Assembly (NCBI GenBank): GCA_022813865.1
Contig: JALDZX010000009.1
Coordinates: 496,001-556,009 of the forward strand
From: Xylographa opegraphella
Lineage: Eukaryota
Direction: 5' to 3'
DNA length: 60,009 bases
In this document: positions 51,708 to 60,009 of the stretch, piece by piece
How the letters are laid out: every line of letters begins with the position of its first letter
Position numbering within the stretch: the first letter of the stretch is position 1
Program-made: the position numbers and the translations under genes
Notes under the pieces: generated by a model
Seen by the model: only the letters and a program-made list of their open reading frames with translations
Told to the model about the DNA's origin: nothing
The model's database searches: none

Positions 51708-53419
51708 GAGTGAGAAAGTACGGGTAGCAATGTTGATTCTGCAGGATGTACGTTGTGAATGACTAGGGGGGTTTGTAGCATAGGACTTCAGCTCAGCCAA
51801 CAGGGACCCGCGCGTTCACTTTGCCTGAATATTGGCAGCTATGCACACAACGTCGTGAAACCATAAGGTATATAGTGGGTGGCACCCACCTCAGAAGGTA
51901 GCTCTTTCCATGTGTTCGAAAGTTACCTAGTGTAATGCTAGCAATATACGACAAGGTTTCGAGGCGGCTGGAGACCTCTATAGGAAGAATGAACATCGGA
52001 GCCATGACAAGACAAGCAAGGGAAAGTGGGCTGGCTTCGTGGACATTGTAAAAATCAAAGACCTTTCAACAACCTCAAGACTTTCTTACTAACGTACTAC
52101 AAGACCGTTTTTGCGCTATAAGCGTTCGTCAGGAGATATGGTACTCCCTGATTTGCACCCAAATGTTTGCCATATACTATTCGCTTCTGCACATATCTAA
52201 AGCATTTTCAGCGCAACCAAATCCAGCTCACGACCATCAGGGACAAAGTGGCATCGTTCCGCCTTCATGCGACGTGATACCTAAAGCTGGTAAGCACGAC
52301 GAAAGTGATTTGGAGTTTCATCGTCTTCGGGGCTGGATTACTGGCCCTTCTTTTCATGGGAGCATATCGACGAGGACTCGACACTCGTCGGACAAAAACT
52401 TCTTTCGCATCTGTAGCCCAGCCGCCCCCTGTTTTGATTCCTGAAAAAATTCCAATCCTGAAGCATCCATTTGAAGTCGATGGTGTAAAATTTCGAGGCC
52501 CTTTGAAAGCTGCTTGACCTCCTCCAGGTGTCACGCTACCTAGTAAGATGATTTTGGAGTCGCCTGCGAAAGTCATTATTTTATTCGCTTTTTTTGACCA
52601 GCTATATTCGATGGCCTTACAAACAGCTCAGACCGCCAAGTTCGGAGTCTCCATAGTGGTGTGTGAATCAAAGGCTCCAAAGTGGGCCCGTTGCCCTCTT
52701 GCTCCGCCACTCTCAGAGCTGGGTTTGCAGCATTATCGCGACTTCAAAACATACCAAGCCAAGAATTCATTCTGCGGAGTAAATATGCTGAGCCCGTGTA
52801 CATGTATAGTATCCGTACTCCGTACAAATCTGAGAGCTCGATTTTTGAACGTCTAACTGCTCGTAAGAGAACCCACTGAACTCCGTGATAGTACGACTTG
52901 AAGCTTCTGAAATCGAACAAGAGTCCAGATACTATTGAGAAACCCACGTCACGACGGCATGATCCTTCATGGATTGCCTTCCATAGAAACATGCAACAAT
53001 TCCGAGAGCCACGGGCTACGGTCGCACAAAGCAAAATGCCAATATAATTGTATTTTTCGTAGGCAATATAGTAATATACAAACCATGAGGCCTACACATC
53101 TAGGCAGTATGTATCCAGCGTATTTGTAACCATTGTACATGAGTTGACTGTTAGTTTCATGTAAGTCTTGCGCTTCAAACCCTGGAGTCGGAACTCCTTT
53201 GCCAAGGTTTGCCAAGAGATCTGTTACAGGGGGCTTGGTAAACAATGCACGTCTTCTCAGGAAGAACCAATTTATGTTAATTCAAAGTTATCGCGCTTCA
53301 ACACCGCCGACCATTTGAAGCATCTTCCACGGCATACACTAAGACTCATTATGGCCAGAGCATATTCACCGAAGTATTGAGACTCCGGCGGCCGAAAGAC
53401 ATACGCGACCAACAATACA

Positions 53420-56400
53420 ATGGCAGCTCTCCGTTCGAAAGGCAAAGTGCCTGTAGGGTCTGCGCAGTGGGTTGAAGATGAGAGAAAGCAGATCGCTGTA
53501 TTTCGTGACCAAGAAACTGAAGACTTTGCTTTTTCAACACGTAACGAGGTCGAATGGCTCAATGAGCACATGGCTGAGATTTTCAGCAGTAATCAGTTGT
53601 GAGAGCGGATCAATACCCTATCATTACTATCGCTAACTCCTACAGTAATGTTACGGAGATCTTTAAGACGCCTGGGAAGCTTCGAGGGAAAACACCACGC
53701 ACAGGTAGAAAGCGGAATCCATTGGATACTCGCGCGGTAGGTGTACGACCAGACCCTTTTTGGAGAATAGACGATCCTAATGACTTAATAGCCACTTACG
53801 GATATCTTTTCGGCGAGCAGAGCCTTTAACAATAGTCCTAGAAAATCGACGACGCCGTTCGACGCGAAATTGGAAACAAAATTGGTACGCGAGGAGCCCG
53901 TATTTGTGGAGCATGAGCCTATTGAAAGATATGTCCACGGTAATGAAGCAAACTTTGATTCAGGTTACCACGGCATGTCCGAAGACGATATGGTCATCGA
54001 GAAGCCCCTGGAAGTGGCTGAGGCGATCAAAGAATTACAGGACGCACATGTCGAAGTGGACCACATGGAGGTTGATCTAATAGATGTCCAGGATATGAAG
54101 ATTCAACGCCTCTCTGAAGCAGGCGTAATTACTGAGGGATCATTTCAGTCAGCGCAAGAGGTGGTCGGGCAAGATGATGGAACAAATACAAAACACAGGG
54201 ATGTAGACGACATGGAGGAGGTAGAAGTTGTTGGAAATGTCAATTCAAGTCTCATTGCCCTCGAACGAGTCAACGCTCATCGCCCGTCAATGGAGCTCGT
54301 CAGGGAAGAGCCTACGAATATATCGCTCGAAGATGACAAGGACTCGTTGCTGGAGGAAGGTCAGGAGTCAAATACAGTACCGTCACCGTCAGAAGGATCC
54401 AGTCCTGTAAGAACATTAGTTCGAAAGAGCAGTCTAACTTTTGCCTCGCTACCAGCACGGGAGCCACTTGCTACGAAGAAAAGCATTGGAGCTCGCGTGT
54501 CAAGAACAAGTCATTTGGATCAGGCAAAGGGCGTCCCTGTAATACTTAACAGCTGCCTCGGACGGTACACAGGTGGCAAGTCTTTGGGCAGTACAAGACA
54601 GCTGAGAACATCTGAGGAAGATGAGGTGACTGAGCAAATGGACGTGGATGAGATCGACAAGCCAATCTTGTCACGAGCGGAAACAGATCGTGATGGAAAG
54701 ATGGCAATGCTGCATAATAAGTCATCAACTCAACGTCTTCATGACCGTATCAACCTACTTGGACAAAAACAAACTGCAAGACCTACGAAGGCCATCGTTG
54801 CTCCAAGTCTAGTATCAACTCAGCCTGCTTATCCTGAACTTCCTACCTTTGGTCAAGAAGAGATCTCGTCTAAAATTCAAGCAAGCCCAGGTGACTTCCC
54901 TTCCAATGCGGCTGTTCCATTAGCCGAAGACGACGACGACGAATGGATCAAGCCTCGTTCAGAGCCGTCAGAGTCTGCAAACATGTCTCCGTCCATCAAG
55001 AATTACTCTGTTGACTCATTGGAGAAGGGTCGCATGAAGGATAACGCCACTGAAACCATCACCACTATGACCTCGGGTAACGACAAAACGCAGCAGCAAC
55101 CTTCACCAAATGGTCCGAAAAAGGATCCTGAGCCACTTGGACGCAGCCCCAGACATCGAAATTCTCACTCGGCATCACCAACTGCATCGCCAACTCATTC
55201 CCCGTCGCAACAGCTGGCAGGCCACAAAAAAGCTATCTCAACTTCTGCTATTCTGTTGCCTCCTTTGCCATCAACAACACCCGCGGGAAGTCCGGCAATT
55301 AAATCACATCATGATGGTCCCCTTCATGCTTCCAAGTCGAAGCTCCAGTCTATCATGAGATCAGCACGAGGTCTTTTCACTAGCTCTGCGGGGGTTTCTG
55401 CTCAGGCCAAAATAGAAACATTATCGCCATCATCGTTGCGGTTACGAGGTCAATTCCCAGAAGCTCATCAAGATCTGCCGTCCATGAATGAGCAAGGTAC
55501 ATATGGTTTGCGCCATATGATATATCCCTACCTCCCCAATGGGTCCCAGACGTCGATCATCGGCCTTCCGTCAAACCAGGACGATGTACGCAGAACTCGA
55601 AGTTCGACTGAAAAGGAAGAGAGGCGTAGAGAAAAAGATGAAAAAGATAGACATCGTATGGAAAACGATCTAGATCGTGCGCGCCAGCAAGAGCGTCTAA
55701 AGGTCGCGAAGTTCAAGAATCAGCGGTCTGTGTCCGCGAACTCAACAACTAGCACAGTGACAAGTGCTGTTCAAGCCATCGCCCAAATATCAATACAACC
55801 AGTACGGCAGAGTCCTCGTCGGCTTCAGCCGCGTAATGACCCAGAAACAAACACGTCAGATACAGAAGCTTCAACGAAGCCAAAAGATGATACCGAGCAT
55901 CCTCAATCAATGAGGCCTCCAGCAGCACCTCCACATAAGCATGCCTCCCAAATCCAGAGGCCAAAAGAGCTGAAACGACCGATCAAGCCCGCCAAAGAGG
56001 TTGTTCCCAAGCCCAAGCCTCAACCGGTGGCGATAAGGGTAGGGACTCTGTCACAACGCATTCCGCTCACAAACGCAGCATTATCATCGAGTCTCCAAGA
56101 TTCGTTACCCCCCCCTCAATCCCGACAACCCACTGTTTCCAAAAAGAGCAGCAACGCGTCTATCCAAACCTCAACCTCCACTTCCGTTCTTAAGAGCTCG
56201 ACATCATCAATGCCACAAAAACCAAAGGCACTTCTTGCTGCCGAACGCAAAAGAGAGCAGGCAAGTCCGCGGAAAACTAATATTGAAACACTGCTGACTA
56301 ATTCACAGGATGAGAAAGAAGCGCAGCGCAAATTAGATCACAAACGCGAGATTGACCGAAAGAGAGCAGTTCAACAGGAAGAAGCACATAAGCGAGAGCA

Positions 56401-57631
56401 ACAACAACAACGGCAAGATGCCGAGCGGCAGAGAGAGAAAGACCGTGTAGTGGCTATGGAGGAGGCCAAGAAGGTTTCTCAAAAACAGAATATGGAAAGG
56501 AGGAAGTTAGAGCAGCAGAGGAGAGACCAGCAAAAAGGCCCACAACGAACAATAAACGACCCAGTAAGTTCACATTGACAAGATATTACTTTACCACAAA
56601 CTGACCGTGCAGACCGACCCACTGCAACAGGAGAGAACGCAGGCTCCAGCCGCAATACATCGTGGAGATATGGGTGCAGCGAGGCCTCCATCCAGGATGA
56701 ACAGCGTCCAAGACATTTCAAGGACTTTAAACAGCTTCCCCGTGCCCAATCCTGCGAAGCCTCCCAAGAGATATTTCGAACTCGATAATGATGATGAACC
56801 GACGCGGGTAGTACGAACACATCCTGGGCAGTCACTCCAGCAAAATGATAGCAAGCGAAGACGAACTGAGGAGGAGACCTTCGAAGCACCTATACGAGCC
56901 ACGATGGCCCCTCCTCTTAGACAGTCGAATGTTCGCAGGGTACTCATTGTTCCTATGCAATCCCATTTCAAATTTTGGCTGACAATACATAGGACGTCCC
57001 GAAGACATCTATCTTTAGTAACAACTATAGTACTACTCAAGCAACATCGAATAAAAGTGTGACTGGTCCATCACTTCCCAGGACTTCAGTCATAAGCCAA
57101 GCATATCAGCAACCACCCTTCCACAACCAAGCTACACGACCTGCACATCCTATGGCCCAGTATACAAATGGCAAAATACCTTTCGCTGAAGCACCAAATC
57201 CTCCTCCATCACACAAAACGCCTCTCCCAACGAAAAGACATATGCCTGGTTATCACAAATCGTCACCCCTTTATCCAAATGGTGACAACATCGACCTTGA
57301 AGAGATAAAAACCGACAGCGAGGAAGAAGAAGAAGAATCTGAAGACGAAAGGGAGAAGAGAAGGAATTTGCCGGATTGGGTTTTGACACCCAACCTTGAC
57401 GAGAGGCTTCGGGAACAGGAAAGGCTTAACCCGGACGTATTGTTTGGACCTATAGCACCACTCGTTATGGAAGATGTATTCAAAGATAAGAGCAGGCATC
57501 ATCGTTTCAGATCACGGACGAGCAGTGCCAACTGGTTCGGGCAAGATAAATTGACAGAAGATGAAGTTCGAGCTGATAATGCGGCGCGGGATAGGATGAG
57601 ACGGGAAGGTGGCTGGACATTCGGACTATAA
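53420..57631 (+). CDS. INCENP: Inner centromere protein (INCENP/Pic1/Sli15); exons 53420-53598, 53646-53736, 53792-56260, 56309-56563, 56613-56939, 56993-57631
   Basis: N-terminal VGSAQWVEDER...FSTRNEVEWLNEHMAEIF, FKTPGKLRGKTPRT, charged single-helix region, and C-terminal IN-box LPDW...LFGPIAPL..EDVFK...RFRSRTSSANW. Confidence 0.92.
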
Positions 57632-59677
57632 CATTGGTTTACGGGAATATTGGAATTGGTATATTATGTGTTGGACATAAGTCATGTTGTTATCCGGTAC
57701 GGAACTGCTCTAGTTTGCGCGTATACAGGAGTAATGAAGCTTCGGCCGCTTTCCTATCAAGAGGTTGATCCCGCAGATAGTCTGGTTGTGAAGCTGCTTC
57801 GAAGAAAAGCATCCAAGTCGGAAAAGAATCCCGGAACACTGCACACAAATCAGGCGTGATGTGCATATCTCAAGCACCACTGAGGCGAGTGATATGGACC
57901 TTCCTTTATCTTTGATCGACGCCCTTTGTATCGGGACTTGTAGATCATTCCATGTTGAAGCAGGTGATCGGCTGCTTTGTCAAAAATAGTAAGTTCACGA
58001 ATAGTGGTCAGCGTCTATATATGTTCTGCTACTTCTATTCAAAATCGTGTTTACTTGCCTCCAGTGCATCACTTTATGGCATCTTGCACAAGTTGGAAGA
58101 CCACTTCAGGTGATCGAAATTTGAGTACCTTGTAAGAGTAGTGTGCGTAGCAACATACATCATGCTTATGTTATTCTGCACCTCTCAACGGTGGACGAAT
58201 GAGCGATCCTTGCTCTCGCGTATTAACAATGTTGAATCATGATTCAGCCTTCATGGTAGTCTTGACCCTATGAATCTTCGTACCTTGCTCACGACTTGAG
58301 GTCAGTTGGCAGGTATCTCCGAACCGTACGAACAGCAGAAGTCGAGAAGGTCGTCATCGAAATGAGTGAGCATTCTGAAATGTATCAAGGCATGTAATAA
58401 CCCAAGTGCAGGTTTCAGAGTTGGATCAACGAAGCCTGGTCTCCAGCGTGATCTGATCTCGTCCGAGGCCGATGAACCCAGAGATACCATCAGTGTCCTT
58501 TATATAAATCTAGGGCGAGATTATTACGTGGATATCAGCGTAAAAGTACTGTTCGCGTACCAGGTGACCCTCAGTCTAGTCATCTCTCGCCTGGATTTGG
58601 TAACTTTTCTCTTGGGAGTCTCGTCATATCTCATTTCCGGAATCTATGGTTTCCAAAAACAAGATGTTCTTCCCTATCTATCGTAGGCACCTTCGGATCT
58701 AGCGGGTGCACGCAGCTGACCTTCAACAGAGCACAACCCCATGTGGATTATTTTGAATTATCACTGGTGTTCTGCGGTCAAGGTATACATTGGTAAAGTG
58801 AACGTTGTATCCGGAGAAATAGTTTCTGAAGAGAATGATACCAACACTCGCCGCTTACAGATGACCAATAAGGGTGAGGGCATCAAGGATTATCTTATAA
58901 TTAATTCCTTTCCAGCTATAGATTGATAGATTCCGTTGGAGCGCAACTCACGCAAGTGGAAGCGTTCGCAGGACTTTCATTTCCGATCACACCTCAGAAG
59001 CCATCATATTTTTCACCAGCTCATACCCTATCATATGATGACGAATCGAAGTATGGTATGGGTATTGCGCCTTTTGGATCATCAATCAAAGCATCGTGGC
59101 AGACACTTATAGTCCGAGCATCTGGAACCCTTCCAGTACTCTCAGATTCAATATTCAGATTCGCAACTCCACGATGTACCGGCGGGTCACTGGGATGAAC
59201 CAGTGATTGCTCAAATGTACCCCGACAGTGGCTTTCTAATTTTCAGACTGATCGGAGAGGAATCGACCATACCTGGGGTTTCAGCATTGCCAAATCGGTT
59301 GCGCAGCTCGATAGGAACACGGCAGCTCAGGATGGGTGGTACGACAGAGGATGAGCCTTGATACGACCATCCCGTGACCTTCGATTAATCCTGAAAGCTC
59401 CGCTGTCCCTTCAGGCCGTTGGCACAGCTGCATGACGAGCTTGGCAGGAGCAATCCGGTCGCTTTCGGTCTTAATGTATTAGTAGACGACAACTGTCCAA
59501 ACGACGACCACTCCACGCTTCTGCAAAGGCTCTGTTCTGAAGCAACATTCATTGCTGGCTCCCATTGATCTTTTCCGGAATCAAGGGGACAGCTAGCTCC
59601 ACAACTTTCATTTCGATCGATCATACGTAGACGGATAGATTAGTTTGAACTGTTGATGCAACAGCCGTGGTCACTAA

Positions 59678-60009
59678 TAGAGTAGACTGCGTTACCGGGT
59701 AACGGGCCACACCCTAGAAGCGGGCCACTAAATTAAGCGAGACGCGAGGGCTATGGCACGCATCAAAATAGATGAAATCAATATAATTAAATTATATTTA
59801 GGTGAAAACAATATGTAAATAATATTAATATTAACTATTTATTTATTTAGGGCTGTTAATCTTTTTTAGGTATTTTTATTTCGTTTAAATTTCCCTAAAA
59901 GTACCATTAATCGTTTAGGTAGAAGTTTTTTTTACTTCGTTAATGTTTTATCCTTTTTTAATTTCGCTAGCCTATTAATACGTAATTGGCGAAGCCGTTT
60001 TTTTTTTTT
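59678..60009 (+). mobile_element. Probable end of a RIP-degraded Tc1/mariner-superfamily (Fot1/pogo-like) DNA transposon
   Basis: Direct repeat CGGGCCAC at 59703-59710 and 59721-59728, like the internal repeats I recall in Aspergillus Tan1/Vader-type TIRs. An abrupt AT-rich, TpA-rich tract follows, and one frame reads RLNFPKSTINRL (HTH-like). Confidence 0.5.

Overview
Gene-dense stretch of a filamentous ascomycete (Pezizomycotina) nuclear genome, judged from short GT-AG introns with CTRAC branch points and recognisable fungal proteins. About 19 intact genes can be modelled by hand. They are a Pkh1/PDK1 kinase, a 682-aa protein with a Cdc26-like N-terminus, the divergent galactofuranose pair glfA (UDP-galactopyranose mutase) and glfB (UDP-Galf transporter), an OST-alpha/TMEM184 transporter, a Zn2Cys6 transcription factor, an SDR, a conserved hypothetical protein, RPL27, a ~2065-aa repeat/coiled-coil protein, SWI/SNF-RSC subunit Snf12/Ssr3, a CYP65-like P450, RPN6, SOF1, CAP20/perilipin, a BTB-like protein, a PI-PLC-like phosphodiesterase, a GST and INCENP. 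Decayed sequence sits between them: an LtrA-like fragment, an F-box-like relic, and a tandem-CCCH gene broken by a CAG>TAG change inside an 18-bp coding minisatellite, a second stop and a frameshift. The window ends in an AT-rich, RIP-like transposon end. No rRNA, tRNA or CRISPR was seen. The best leads are the long Cdc26-motif protein, the decaying CCCH/minisatellite gene, the giant repeat protein and a recurrent intergenic TACCT/AGGTA palindrome. All gene models and family calls were read by eye without database searches.
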